This document shows, one piece after another, positions 46,398 to 56,936 of a stretch of DNA of 64,000 nucleotides. This DNA comes from Terriglobia bacterium (lineage in GTDB: Bacteria > Acidobacteriota > Terriglobia > Acidiferrales > UBA7541). Below the pieces are notes generated by a model. It made no database searches. It was given only the letters and a program-made list of their open reading frames with translations, and had not been told where the DNA came from. The stretch spans positions 1,984,001-2,048,000 of the forward strand of contig OY968796.1 in the NCBI GenBank assembly GCA_963695545.1. The letters run 5' to 3'. A program made the position numbers and the translations under genes. The first letter of the stretch is position 1, and the number at the start of each line of letters is the position of its first letter.

Positions 46398-47348
46398 TTG
46401 ACCGCGCGAATTCTCAACGGCAACGCCATCCGCGACGAGATTTATGCGGAACTGCAACACGAAATCGCCGCGCTCGCCGCGGAGGGAATCCGGCCGGGGC
46501 TGGCCGCAGTGTTGGCCGGCGACAATCCGGCTTCGCACATTTACGTGAAGAGCAAGATCGCGGCGTGCGAAAAGCTCGGGCTGGGGAGCTTCCAGTTCGC
46601 GTTGCCGTCGACTGTGCAAACCGCCGAGCTTCTCGCGCTCGTGGAAGATCTCAATCGGCGCGATGACGTGGATGGCATTTTGGTGCAATTGCCGCTGCCG
46701 GCGGGCGTGGATTCCAAGCGCGTGCTCGAAGCCGTGGACCCGGCGAAGGACGTGGATGGTTTTCATCCGCTGAATCTCGGCAAGCTCGTAGCGGGGCGGC
46801 CGGGGCTTGTGGCCTGCACACCGGCCGGCATCATGGAAATTTTGCGCCGCAGCGGAATTGCGATCGAAGGAGCTAACGCCGTGGTGCTCGGCCGCAGCGA
46901 CATCGTGGGAAAGCCGATGGCGCTGCTTCTGCTGCACGCGAACGCCACGGTGACTGTGTGCCACTCGAAAACGCGCACACTTCCCGGCATCGTTAGTGGC
47001 GCGGACATCGTTGTCGCGGCGATGGGTCGCCCGGCGATGGTGGAGGCAAGCTGGATTCGCCCGGGCGCGACGGTGATCGACGTGGGGATCAATCGGCTCA
47101 CGGACGCCGTGGAAGTCGCGCGCATCTTCGTGAATCACACCGAGCGGCTGGAGCATTTTCGCGATAAGGGATCGGTGCTCGTCGGCGACGTTCATCCCGA
47201 CGCCGCGGAAGTTGCCGGCGCGATCACGCCCGTGCCGGGCGGCGTTGGGCCGCTGACGATTGCGATGCTCATGAGCAACACCGTGCGCGCGGCGCGGATG
47301 CGGCGAGGCGCCGGCGGCGTGTCGGCGCGAAGCGCGGGGAGGGCCTGA
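46398..47348 (+). CDS. folD: Methylenetetrahydrofolate dehydrogenase/cyclohydrolase
   Basis: YVKSK, GILVQLPLP, KDVDGFHP, GRSDIVGKP and TPVPGGVGPLT motifs; TTG start. Confidence 0.96.
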   Translation: MTARILNGNAIRDEIYAELQHEIAALAAEGIRPGLAAVLAGDNPASHIYVKSKIAACEKLGLGSFQFALPSTVQTAELLALVEDLNRRDDVDGILVQLPLPAGVDSKRVLEAVDPAKDVDGFHPLNLGKLVAGRPGLVACTPAGIMEILRRSGIAIEGANAVVLGRSDIVGKPMALLLLHANATVTVCHSKTRTLPGIVSGADIVVAAMGRPAMVEASWIRPGATVIDVGINRLTDAVEVARIFVNHTERLEHFRDKGSVLVGDVHPDAAEVAGAITPVPGGVGPLTIAMLMSNTVRAARMRRGAGGVSARSAGRA

Positions 47349-47998
47349 TGCTGCGCGTGGGACTCACGGGCGGAATCGCCTGCGGCAAAAGCACTGTGGC
47401 CGCGATGATGACCATGGTCGGATGCCACGTGCTCGAAGCCGATAACCTTGCGCACGATCTGATCGAGCCGGGGCAGCCTGCGTACGACGAAGTTGTGCGC
47501 GAATTCGGCAGCGGAATTCTCGCCGCCGATAAGCGCGTGGATCGGGCCGCGCTCGCGCGCATCGTGTTCGGTGATGGCGCGCGTCTTCTCGCGCTGAACA
47601 GCATCGTTCATCCGCGCGTGCTCGAAGTCACCGACAAAGAATTTGAGCGTCTGGCCGTGGCCGATCCTTCGGGCGTGGCCGTGCTCGCGGCGGCCTTGTT
47701 GATCGAGGCCGGCTACGACGCGCATCTCGATCGCCTGGTGGTGGTGTGGTGCCGGCCGGAGCAGCAGATCGTGCGCTTGACCGACCACGCGTCGGGCCGC
47801 GGCATGACGCGCGCCGAAGCCGAGCAGCGCATCGCCGCGCAAATGCCGCTCGATCGCAAGAAAGCCATGGCGGACGACTTGATCGACGCTTCGGGAACGC
47901 TCGACTCCACGCGGCGGCAGGTGACGGCGCTCGTCGCGCGGCTGAAACGCCTTGCAGCGGAAGGCGCCGCGGCGGGAGAAGAAAGGATATCGCCATGA
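47348..47998 (+). CDS. coaE: Dephospho-CoA kinase
   Basis: GLTGGIACGKST P-loop, LNSIVHP and RIAAQMP; TGATG coupling to folD. Confidence 0.95.
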   Translation: MLRVGLTGGIACGKSTVAAMMTMVGCHVLEADNLAHDLIEPGQPAYDEVVREFGSGILAADKRVDRAALARIVFGDGARLLALNSIVHPRVLEVTDKEFERLAVADPSGVAVLAAALLIEAGYDAHLDRLVVVWCRPEQQIVRLTDHASGRGMTRAEAEQRIAAQMPLDRKKAMADDLIDASGTLDSTRRQVTALVARLKRLAAEGAAAGEERISP

Positions 47999-49149
47999 AG
48001 GGCACGCATTCGATTCCGCGCGCGTTGCGCTTTATCGCGTTGGGCGCGATCCTGGGCCTGGGTTGCTACTGGGCGGGCAGCCGCTGGGGCACGCGCCAGC
48101 CGGATCGCGTCGAAGCGCTGCCGCAACCACCCGCGCCGCCGAATTTAACGGGCATGAGCGAGGACGAAGCCATCAACGTGAAGGTTTACAGCGAAGCGGC
48201 GCCCGCGGTGGCGAACATCGTGACGCGCACGCTTGAGTACGACGTGTTCATGGACCCGGTGCCGGCCGAAGGCGCGGGCTCGGGATTTGTGATGGACCCT
48301 CGCGGCTACATTCTGACCAACAATCACGTGATCGAAAACGCGCAGGCCATCGAGGTGACGCTCGGCGACGGTCAGCGCTTTCCCGCCAAGCTCGTCGGAA
48401 CCGACGTGCGCGACGACGTGGCGCTGATCAAGATCGATCCGGGCGATCACAAGCTGATCGCGTTGCCCATGGGTGATTCGACCACGCTGCAGGTGGGCCA
48501 GCACGTGCTGGCCATCGGGAATCCGTTCGGATTTCAAAGCACGCTGACCACGGGCGTCGTCAGCGCGCTGGGGCGAACCGTGCAGACCAGCGACGAATCG
48601 TTCATCGATGGCGCGATCCAAACCGATGCCGCGATCAATCACGGAAATTCCGGCGGACCGCTGCTTGATTCGCACGGCGACGTGATCGGCATCAATAGCG
48701 CCATCTATTCGACATCGGGAACGACGGCGGGCATCGGCTTTGCGATTCCCATCAACACCGCGAAGCGCATCGCGAACGATCTGATCACCAACGGGCGCGT
48801 TCGTGAGGTTTACCTGGGCATTCAAGCGCTCGCGCTCGATCCGGGGTTCGCGCAGGCGCTTGGCCTGCCGGTTGACGAAGGGCTGCTGATCGAAGACGTG
48901 GACCAGGGAAGTCCCGCGGCGCGCGCCGGACTTCGCGGCGGCGATCGCGTGGTGATCGCCGGAATGCGCCGGATCGAGATCGGTGGCGACGTGCTGACCG
49001 CCATCGATGGACAGAAGATCGCGAGCCAGCTCGATATGGCCGTGGCGCTCGATAAGGATCATCCCGGCGACACGGTCACGCTTGAAATTTATCGCGGCAA
49101 TCAGAAGACGGACGTGCGCTTGACGCTCGGCGAGCTAAATCCGCAGTAG
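47995..49149 (+). CDS. HtrA/DegS-like trypsin protease with one PDZ domain
   Basis: GSGF, LTNNHV, DVALI and QTDAAINHGNSGGPL motifs plus PDZ; ATGA overlap with coaE. Confidence 0.93.
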   Translation: MKGTHSIPRALRFIALGAILGLGCYWAGSRWGTRQPDRVEALPQPPAPPNLTGMSEDEAINVKVYSEAAPAVANIVTRTLEYDVFMDPVPAEGAGSGFVMDPRGYILTNNHVIENAQAIEVTLGDGQRFPAKLVGTDVRDDVALIKIDPGDHKLIALPMGDSTTLQVGQHVLAIGNPFGFQSTLTTGVVSALGRTVQTSDESFIDGAIQTDAAINHGNSGGPLLDSHGDVIGINSAIYSTSGTTAGIGFAIPINTAKRIANDLITNGRVREVYLGIQALALDPGFAQALGLPVDEGLLIEDVDQGSPAARAGLRGGDRVVIAGMRRIEIGGDVLTAIDGQKIASQLDMAVALDKDHPGDTVTLEIYRGNQKTDVRLTLGELNPQ

Positions 49150-49200
49150 GCGCGCGCCGTCACCGTGCAGCAGCAGTGCGGCCGGCGGGATTACAACAGC

Positions 49201-50028
49201 TCACGCGTTCCACTCCGCTCGAGCGCGATCGCGCTCCTTCTCCGAAAGCGCGAACCATGACTCGCCCAAATCGCGCGCGCGTTCAAGCGCCGCTTGCAGT
49301 TCAGCGTGCTTGGCCTCGACTTCGCCGCGCTCGGCGTGCCGCGAGACTTCGATCGGCGGATGTATCACCACGACGGCGCGCGAATATAACTTGGGGATTT
49401 GAAACAGATCCCAGGTTTTCCGGAGCGTGCGCGCCCGCTCCACGCCGATGTGGAACGCAATGATGGGCTGCCCGCTGCGTCGCGCCAGCATCGCCGGGCC
49501 AGGCTTTGCGACGTAACGCGGGCCGCGCGGCCCATCGATCGTGAACGCCACGTCGTGCCCTTGTTCGAGGCTGTTCGCCATTTCGGCCAGACCGCGCAGG
49601 CCGCCGCGCGACGAACTCCCTTGCGCCGTGCCGAAGCCGAAGCGCTCGATCACCCGGCGCGTCCACTGGCCGTCAAAATTCGCGCTGTTCAGCACCACGA
49701 TGCCGCGTTCGCGCCACCACCACGTAGCGCTGAAAATGGCGCGGTGCCAGAACGCCAGGATCGCGCGGCGCCCCGCGGCATGCACGCGCTCGATATTCGC
49801 CGCGCCGAGCACCTCGAAGCGCAGCGTCGGTCCTATCGCGCGGATCAGCGCGTAGCCCGCGAATCCGAGCACGGGCACTTGCAGTCGTCGCCAGGATGAA
49901 AGCGGCGCCAGGTGAACGTCGTAGTGGCGCGCGAGCGCTTGCTCGTCGGCGGGTTCTTCGCCGGAGCCGGTGCCCAGTGCGGTGCGTGAACTTGTCACGG
50001 GCTGAGCGTATTTTGCGGGCTCCGTCAT
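49201..50028 (-). CDS. DUF374 lysophospholipid acyltransferase-family protein
   Basis: FWH, S...DG, GSSSRGG, DGPRGP and WD.F.IP motifs. Confidence 0.88.
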   Translation of the reverse strand: MTEPAKYAQPVTSSRTALGTGSGEEPADEQALARHYDVHLAPLSSWRRLQVPVLGFAGYALIRAIGPTLRFEVLGAANIERVHAAGRRAILAFWHRAIFSATWWWRERGIVVLNSANFDGQWTRRVIERFGFGTAQGSSSRGGLRGLAEMANSLEQGHDVAFTIDGPRGPRYVAKPGPAMLARRSGQPIIAFHIGVERARTLRKTWDLFQIPKLYSRAVVVIHPPIEVSRHAERGEVEAKHAELQAALERARDLGESWFALSEKERDRARAEWNA

Positions 50029-50128
50029 CGGCTCTCGGTATGGTTCGGTTCCGTCACAGGCTGTCGGTGTCGTACGGCGCCGACACGGGCCGTCGGTGTA
50101 TTATAGGTGAATATTTAACGGCCTCACG

Positions 50129-51211
50129 ATGACCTCACGCAACGTTTCCGCGTCTCGGCCCGCCACAGCGTCCACTCGCCGTTGGATCGCGTTCGTGTGT
50201 TTTGTGGCTGCCGGGTGCGCGCTGGCCCTCGCGGCACAGTCTCCGCCTCCCGATGCCATCGGGACGATCGAAGGCGATGATCTGCTGGTGCAAGGCGCGC
50301 CGAACGAAGCGATGGTAGTGCAACAGGGCGTCACGCCGCTCGATAGCGGAGCCAGCATCACGGTTCGATCGGGTCAGGCCCTCGTCCAACTGGCCGCGGG
50401 CGGCGAAATCGGTGTGTGCGGCCCGGCGCACTTCTCGGTACTGCAATCCGGCACCTCGCTCACCGTCGCGCTCGACTATGGGCGCGTTCATCCCAAGCTG
50501 CCGCCATCGGCGAGCATCGTGATTTTCACGCCGCTGATCGCCGCCACTCCCATCGCCATCGGACAGCAACAGCGCGACCTGGATGTGGGCCTGACGTCGA
50601 GCGGCGCGATGTGCGTCGCGTCGACGCAAGGCGCTGTGCGCATCGCGCAGCAATTGTCAGACGAGAGCGTGATCGTGCCGGAAGGAGGCGCCATCAATCT
50701 CGCTGGCGCGGCGCTTGCGCCGGCCGAGCAGGCGGGCACGTGTTCTTGTGAAGTCCAACTGGCCCGCAGTCCTCAGGCACCGCCGCCGTATGAGCCTCCG
50801 CCGGCGGTTGAATCGAGTGAAGCAACGCAGCCCACTCAAACAGTTGCGCAGCTGCCGCCTGTCGATGTGGCGCGGCCGGCGCCCGTCGCGCCCGTCGCTT
50901 CATCCGATAGCGATCAACCGATCTACCAGGTTTTCATGCCGCCGCTGACCTTTAACGCTTCCTCGCCCTCACCGTCGGCCGACCCCAGCCAACAAATAAT
51001 CACGATCGTGCGCCACTCGCGCGTGCAACCGGGGGCGCTTTTCGTCGGCGTCGTCGAAGCCGCGGCGCTGCCGACGCCAAATCCGCTCGCGTCCGCCGCC
51101 CCGGAGGCGCCGCCGCAACGCACAACTGGCCGCCCGGCTGCGCCTGCGCGTGCCGGCGTCTATCAGCGGGTTCGCAGTTATCTACGCAACCTCTTCGGAA
51201 GTCCTTCGTAG
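50129..51211 (+). CDS. Exported hypothetical protein, FecR-like N-terminal domain and Pro-rich C-terminus
   Basis: Signal peptide, beta-rich domain, Pro/Ala-rich tail. Confidence 0.7.
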   Translation: MTSRNVSASRPATASTRRWIAFVCFVAAGCALALAAQSPPPDAIGTIEGDDLLVQGAPNEAMVVQQGVTPLDSGASITVRSGQALVQLAAGGEIGVCGPAHFSVLQSGTSLTVALDYGRVHPKLPPSASIVIFTPLIAATPIAIGQQQRDLDVGLTSSGAMCVASTQGAVRIAQQLSDESVIVPEGGAINLAGAALAPAEQAGTCSCEVQLARSPQAPPPYEPPPAVESSEATQPTQTVAQLPPVDVARPAPVAPVASSDSDQPIYQVFMPPLTFNASSPSPSADPSQQIITIVRHSRVQPGALFVGVVEAAALPTPNPLASAAPEAPPQRTTGRPAAPARAGVYQRVRSYLRNLFGSPS

Positions 51212-51262
51212 TGCGGGCGACGGCTTCCCGAGAAACATTACCGGCAGTTTGACCGTAGCGTA

Positions 51263-51291
51263 TTGACATACATCCGGCAGAGTGGTACTTT
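51263..51291 (+). promoter_or_regulatory. sigma70-type promoter
   Basis: TTGACA (51263-68)-17 bp-TACTTT (51286-91) with TG extension. Confidence 0.5.
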
Positions 51292-51329
51292 GCCTGCGGC
51301 GCCCTCCGAAAAGTGTTTTTTTCCAATCT

Positions 51330-53366
51330 TTGCCCAATCTGTTTCGCCGCCACCTTTGTGAATCGCGGAGCATTTCGAGTGTTGCCAGGCGAGGCGCGCC
51401 CAGCGCCGCACGGGCGCTCGCGTGGGCGGTTCTTGCTGCCGTGCTCCTGCCGTGTCTTGCCGCATGCGGTGGCGGCGGAAGTTCCGGCGCCGCCGATCCG
51501 GTAGATCCGCCTCCGCCCGCGCCGACGACGGTCACGCTCGCGCCTCCGCTCGCAAGCGCGACGACATCGCAGTCGATCTCCTATTCCGCCGGCGGCACAA
51601 ACACCACGAACAGTAACGTCAACTGGACCGTGGACAGCGTGGCCGGCGGAAACTCCACCGTCGGTACGATTTCCGCCACCGGGATTTACACTCCCACGTC
51701 CGCGGCCGCGGGAAAACACACCATCGCGGCCACAAGCATGGCGACGCCAACGGCCTCGGCTTCGGCGACCGTGTGGGTGACAACCTATGCAGGCACGTTC
51801 ACCTGGCGCAACGACGCGCAGCGCTCGGGCCAGAATGAGCTGGAGCAGGCGCTTTCTCCTGCGACGCTCAACAGCACGAACTTCGGCAAATTATTTTCAT
51901 GTCCCGTGGACGGTGAGATTTTCGCCGAACCGCTTTACGTTGCGAATCTCGCGATCTCCGGCGGCACGCACAACGTCGTTTTCGTGGTCACGGAAAACGA
52001 CAGCGTGTATGCCTTCGACGCCGATGCTTCGCCCTGCGTGACCTACTGGAGCGACGCGACCGGAACTCCGACAACCTTGCTGCCTGCCATGGAAATCCCC
52101 GTACCTGATCAAGACGTGAACTCCACCGACATTGCGCCCACGATCGGCATCACCGGCACGCCCGTCATCGATTCCGCCACGAACACGATTTATTTCGTAA
52201 CGAAGACCAAGAACACCGCCAACCTGAACCCAACGTATTTTCAGCGGCTCTATGCTCTTGATATCAATACCGGCGCGGAAGACCCCGGCAGTCCGGTTGA
52301 AATTCTCCCGTCGGCAGCGGGAAATGGCGACGGCAACGGCGGCGGCGGAATGGTGGCGCTCGATGCGCGGACTCAGAATCAAACCGCGGCGCTGCTGCTT
52401 CTCGGTCACACCGTGTACGTCGCATTCGGATCGCTCACCAGCGCTGCGCCGTATCATGGCTGGGTGGTCGCGTACGACGAGACGACGCTCGCGCAGGTCG
52501 GCGCTTTCCTCGACACGCCGAACGGTTCCGCCGGCGGAATCTGGCTCGGCGGCGCCGGCTTGTCGGTGGATCAGGATTCGGGCTACATCTACGGCGCGTC
52601 GGGCAACGGCACATTCGATGCGCACAACGTCGCGCCGCCCAACAACGACTATGGCGAAAGTTTTTTCAAAATCAATCCTGTGCCGGTCGCCGCGCAATTG
52701 GGCCTCGTCGATTATTTCACGCCGTGCAACGAATTCACGCTCTCCAGTGCAGGGACCAACATTGGTTCCACTGGTGTGGTGCCCTTGCCCGACGCCGCCG
52801 GCAGCGCGGCCCATCCGCGCCTGCTGCTCGGAGGAAATGAGGCCGGCACTCTGTACCTGCTCGACCGCTCGAGCCTGGGCCATTTCGATGGCGGCACGTG
52901 CCCGGATACCGCGCCGGTCGAGGAGGTTTCGTTCTCGGGCGCGCTCTCTGGCACGCCGTCCTTCTGGACCGATTCGACGGGCGTGATTCGCGTTTACTCC
53001 GGCGCGAATGGCGCGAAGCTCGGGGCCTATCCGATCTCGAACGCGGTTCTCGCGTCTACGCCAGCATCGCAATCGCCCAGCGTCTTCTCGGGTGACGCGC
53101 CATCACCTGCGATTTCTTCAAACGGCGCGACGGCCGGAATTGTATGGGTACTCGATAGCGCGGGCTATAGCAACACTCCGCCGGGCCCTGCCGTGCTGCA
53201 CGCGTATGACGCAACCAATCTCGCGTCGGAGCTTTACAACAGCAATCAGGCGGGCGCGCGCGATCTTCCGGGCGTGGCGTTGAAATTCACGGTACCGACG
53301 GTGGGCAACGGCAAGGTGTACGTCGGCACGGAAACGGAACTCGACGTCTACGGTTTCCTGCCTTAG
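51330..53366 (+). CDS. Lipoprotein with Ig-like domain and PQQ-type beta-propeller (start uncertain)
   Basis: Lipobox LAAC-GGG, Ig motif W.V..VAGG...GTIS..G.YT, D..RSG.N..E, GITGTPVID and KFTVPTV.NGKVYVGT. Confidence 0.8.
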   Translation: MPNLFRRHLCESRSISSVARRGAPSAARALAWAVLAAVLLPCLAACGGGGSSGAADPVDPPPPAPTTVTLAPPLASATTSQSISYSAGGTNTTNSNVNWTVDSVAGGNSTVGTISATGIYTPTSAAAGKHTIAATSMATPTASASATVWVTTYAGTFTWRNDAQRSGQNELEQALSPATLNSTNFGKLFSCPVDGEIFAEPLYVANLAISGGTHNVVFVVTENDSVYAFDADASPCVTYWSDATGTPTTLLPAMEIPVPDQDVNSTDIAPTIGITGTPVIDSATNTIYFVTKTKNTANLNPTYFQRLYALDINTGAEDPGSPVEILPSAAGNGDGNGGGGMVALDARTQNQTAALLLLGHTVYVAFGSLTSAAPYHGWVVAYDETTLAQVGAFLDTPNGSAGGIWLGGAGLSVDQDSGYIYGASGNGTFDAHNVAPPNNDYGESFFKINPVPVAAQLGLVDYFTPCNEFTLSSAGTNIGSTGVVPLPDAAGSAAHPRLLLGGNEAGTLYLLDRSSLGHFDGGTCPDTAPVEEVSFSGALSGTPSFWTDSTGVIRVYSGANGAKLGAYPISNAVLASTPASQSPSVFSGDAPSPAISSNGATAGIVWVLDSAGYSNTPPGPAVLHAYDATNLASELYNSNQAGARDLPGVALKFTVPTVGNGKVYVGTETELDVYGFLP

Positions 53367-53389
53367 TGATTTAATTCAATCCGGCGCGC

Positions 53390-55066
53390 TCACATTCCTT
53401 CGTAGTTCGGTCCACCTCCGCCTTCCGGTGGAACCCAGGTGATGATCTGGTAGGGATCGGCGATGTCGCAGGTCTTGCAATGCACGCAGTTGGATGCGTT
53501 GATTTTCAAACGCAGCGCGTCGCCAGTGCGCACCATTTCGTAGACCGCGGCCGGGCAGAAATATTGGCAGGGATTCCCGTATTCGGAGGCGCAGCGGTCC
53601 GCGCAGATGTTTGTGTCGGCCACGTGCAAATGGCACGGCTGGTCTTCTTCGTGGCGCGTGCCGGAATGATAGACGTCGGTGAGCCGATCGAAAGTGAGTT
53701 TGCCGTCGCCTACGAAGCGCGGCGGCGCGGCTTGGCCCGCCACGATCTTGCGATATTCCTCGAAGCCGGGCCGAATGCGCATCGGGTCCACCAGGCCTCG
53801 TCCGCCGGTCGCCATTTGCAGCGCGGTGTTCAGTAGGCCCGCGTACAGGCCGTGCTCGAATCCTTGATGGAAATTCCGCACGCGCCAGAGTTCAGGCTTA
53901 ATCCAGCTTTCGTCCACTTTTTTCGAGAATAAAGAAAGCGCGCGCGCCGAGGTGTCGCCGGAGCGCAGCGCTTCGAGAATTGTTTCGGCCGCGAGCATGC
54001 CGCTCTTGATCGCGAGATGAATGCCCTTCAATCGCTGGCCGTTCAAGAAGCTGGCGGTGTCGCCGATCAGCAGCACGCCGTCGGCGTAGGTTCGCGGCAT
54101 CGAATACCAGCCGCCTTCGGGAATGGTTTTCGCGCCGTAGCGCACCAGCGTGCCGCCTTCGAGCACGCGCCGCAAATGCGGATGCGTTTTGTAGCGCTCG
54201 AAGGCTTCGTGGGGATCGAATCGCGGATCGTGATATTCGAGGCTCACGACCAAGCCCACCGAAACGCGGTTGTCGCGCATGCCGTACAGCCAACCGCCGC
54301 CATGTTGCGAAGATTCGAGTGGCCAGCCCATCGTGTGCGCCACGCTGCCCGGCGCAATGCGTCCCGGCGGAACTTCCCACAGTTCTTTGATGCCGATGGC
54401 GTAGACCTGCGGATTCAAACCGTCAAGATGAAGCCGCGAAACCAATTCTTTGGTGAGCGAGCCGCGCGGTCCTTCGGCCAGCACCGTGACTTTCGCGCGC
54501 AATTCGTAGCCGGGCGTGTAGTTTTCTTTTCGCTTGCCGTCTTTGTCGAGACCTTTGTCTTCGGTGCGTACGCCCACCACGGTTTCGCCCGATTCGCCCG
54601 CGTACATCAGTTCGGCTCCGGCGAATTGCGTGAACAAATTCACGTTGGCCTGCTCGACGAGGCCGGCCATCCACTTCACGAGACGATTCAGAGAAACCAC
54701 GTAGTTGCCGCGATTGCGCAGCGGCGGAGGCGTGATCGGAAATTTCAGCGCTCGCGAACGCGTCAGAAAATAGGCCGCGTCGTCCGTGACCGGCGAATCA
54801 AGCGGCGCGTGCTTTTCAAAATCGGGCACGAGCTCGGCCAGGCCGCGCGGATCGAGCACCGCGCCGGAAAGCTGATGCGCGCCCGGCTCGCGCGCTTTTT
54901 CCAGAACGTAAATGTTCTCCGCGGGAAGCGCGGGCTTCGCGCCGGATTCGTTGTGTTTGCGGATCAGGTTCGCAAGATGCAGAGCGCATGCGAGTCCCGC
55001 CGGCCCCGCGCCGACGATCAGCACATCCGCGTCGAGACGCTCGCGTGCGGTGGATTCGAGAGGCAC
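53390..55066 (-). CDS. Electron transfer flavoprotein-ubiquinone oxidoreductase
   Basis: VGAGPAGL FAD motif, KGIHLAIKSG, CPAAVYE and NCVHCKTCDI 4Fe-4S motif. Confidence 0.95.
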   Translation of the reverse strand: MPLESTARERLDADVLIVGAGPAGLACALHLANLIRKHNESGAKPALPAENIYVLEKAREPGAHQLSGAVLDPRGLAELVPDFEKHAPLDSPVTDDAAYFLTRSRALKFPITPPPLRNRGNYVVSLNRLVKWMAGLVEQANVNLFTQFAGAELMYAGESGETVVGVRTEDKGLDKDGKRKENYTPGYELRAKVTVLAEGPRGSLTKELVSRLHLDGLNPQVYAIGIKELWEVPPGRIAPGSVAHTMGWPLESSQHGGGWLYGMRDNRVSVGLVVSLEYHDPRFDPHEAFERYKTHPHLRRVLEGGTLVRYGAKTIPEGGWYSMPRTYADGVLLIGDTASFLNGQRLKGIHLAIKSGMLAAETILEALRSGDTSARALSLFSKKVDESWIKPELWRVRNFHQGFEHGLYAGLLNTALQMATGGRGLVDPMRIRPGFEEYRKIVAGQAAPPRFVGDGKLTFDRLTDVYHSGTRHEEDQPCHLHVADTNICADRCASEYGNPCQYFCPAAVYEMVRTGDALRLKINASNCVHCKTCDIADPYQIITWVPPEGGGGPNYEGM

Positions 55067-55167
55067 GCGGCGATTCTAGCAGGAAAGCGAAATCGCGCGC
55101 GGACGACGCGGGCGCCGCCCGCGCGAATTGGCAACGTCGATGCTTCGAGAGCCTGCGGCGCGGCTGG

Positions 55168-56151
55168 CTATGTTTTTGTTTTTTCCAGTTCGTGCGCGAG
55201 CGCCGGGATCAACTCGAAGATGTCGCCGACGATGCCGTAGTCGGCGACCTCGAAAATGGGCGCGTGCGCGTCCTTGTTGATTGCGACGATCGTGCGCGAG
55301 CCTTTCATGCCGACCACGTGTTGAATTGCGCCGCTGATTCCGAGCGCGAGATAAAGTTTGGGCGCGACGGTTTGGCCGGAGCTGCCGACTTGCCGGTCCA
55401 TCGGGAGCCAGCCTTCATCGCAGATCGGACGCGATGCGCAGAGCTCGCCGCCCAGCGCTTTGGCCAGTTGCGCGGCGAGCGGAATATTTTCCGGCGCTTT
55501 GATGCCGCGGCCGACGGCGACGAGAACTGGCGCCTGCGTCAGGTCCACCGCCTGCTTTGATTCCTGGAAAGGCGCTTCCGGCTTGGTTCGTATCTGCGCC
55601 GTGTCGAGATTCACCGCGACTCGCTTCACCGGTGCTTTCGCCGAGCCGTGCGACACTTTGTCTCCGCGAAACGCGCCCGCTTGCAGCGACGCGAACCACG
55701 GCCCCGCGCCCTCAAAGCTCACGTCGGCCGCGGTGCGTCCTTGAAACATCTGGCGCACGAAAACGAGGCGCCCGTTTTCGAGGCGATATCCGACGCAATC
55801 GCCGATCATGCCTTTGCCGAGCGAAGCGGCGAGTTGCGGCGCGAAATCGCGTACTTGATACGTGTGCGGAAAAAGCACTAGATCGGGCTTCGCCGCGGCG
55901 ATCGCTTGCGAAAGCGCGATCGTGAATCCGTCCGGCGTGTAGGCGTCAAGTAGATCGTGCTCGACAACAAAAACTTCATCAAGCTTCGCGCTCGCCAATT
56001 CTTCGGCGAGCGCCACAACGCCCTTGCCGATCACCAGCGCCGCGAGGCGCCCCTGCGTTTCCGCGGCGATTTGCTGCCCCGCGGCGAGCGCTTCAAAGCT
56101 CGTTTTGTTCCACGCGTCGGAGTGCTGCTCGGTTACGACCAGAATATTCAT
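55168..56151 (-). CDS. etfA: Electron transfer flavoprotein alpha subunit
   Basis: QVGSSGQTVAP.LY.A.GISGAIQH..GM and INKD..APIF motifs. Confidence 0.95.
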   Translation of the reverse strand: MNILVVTEQHSDAWNKTSFEALAAGQQIAAETQGRLAALVIGKGVVALAEELASAKLDEVFVVEHDLLDAYTPDGFTIALSQAIAAAKPDLVLFPHTYQVRDFAPQLAASLGKGMIGDCVGYRLENGRLVFVRQMFQGRTAADVSFEGAGPWFASLQAGAFRGDKVSHGSAKAPVKRVAVNLDTAQIRTKPEAPFQESKQAVDLTQAPVLVAVGRGIKAPENIPLAAQLAKALGGELCASRPICDEGWLPMDRQVGSSGQTVAPKLYLALGISGAIQHVVGMKGSRTIVAINKDAHAPIFEVADYGIVGDIFELIPALAHELEKTKT

Positions 56152-56165
56152 CTGGAGCGGCTCAT

Positions 56166-56936
56166 TTAGATAACGCGGGCTTCGTGGCGCAATTTTTCCA
56201 CCAGCTTCGCCGCCGCTTCCGCCGGTGTGCCGGTGATGAATTCGGTTTTTTTTGTCTTTTGCGGAACGTAAATGCGTTCGACGCGCTCTGTCACCGCGGA
56301 CGAAACGCCCAGCGATTCCTGCGCGATCGTGACGATTTCTTTTTTCTTCGCGGCCATGATGCCCTTGAGCGTGGCGTAACGCACTTTGTTGATTCCGGAT
56401 TGAATCGTCAGCACGGCGGGCCAGGGTAAAGCGATCCATTGGAACCAGCCGGCTTCGAGTTCGCGCTTCACGCGCAGACGGTTCTCATGCACTTCGATTT
56501 GCATGATGAGCGTCGCGTGCGGCAGCGCCAGCAATTGAGCCAGCAGGACGCCGGTTTGGCCCGAACCCTGATCGTCGCTTTGCAGGCCGGTGAGAATAAG
56601 GTCGGGCTTCTCGCGTTCAATCGCCGCGGCCAAAGAGCGCGCGGCGAGCAGCGGATCGAGCGCGAAGAATTTATCGTCGGCGACGTGAATGCCGCGATCG
56701 GCGCCCTTGGCCAGCGCTTCTTTGATGGCTTGCTTCGCGCGCTCGGGGCCCATCGAAAGCGCGATCACTTCGCCGCCGTGCTTTTCCTTCAGGCGCAGCG
56801 CTTCTTCGAGCGCGAAACCATCTGGCTCGTTCATCTCGAAGCCGATGTCGGATTCACGAATCCATTTGCCGTCTTCAGAAATCGCGAGAGGTGCGTCTTT
56901 GGCGGGAACTTGCTTTACGCAAACGAGAAGTTTCAC
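56166..56936 (-). CDS. etfB: Electron transfer flavoprotein beta subunit
   Basis: VCVKQVP, ALEEAL.LKE, ALAKGAD and RYATLKGIMAAKKK motifs; GTGA overlap with fabF. Confidence 0.95.
   Translation of the reverse strand: MKLLVCVKQVPAKDAPLAISEDGKWIRESDIGFEMNEPDGFALEEALRLKEKHGGEVIALSMGPERAKQAIKEALAKGADRGIHVADDKFFALDPLLAARSLAAAIEREKPDLILTGLQSDDQGSGQTGVLLAQLLALPHATLIMQIEVHENRLRVKRELEAGWFQWIALPWPAVLTIQSGINKVRYATLKGIMAAKKKEIVTIAQESLGVSSAVTERVERIYVPQKTKKTEFITGTPAEAAAKLVEKLRHEARVI

Noticed and set aside
51282..51329. ORF-track start of the PQQ-type lipoprotein
   Set aside because: It overlaps the predicted -10 box; a downstream start is more plausible.
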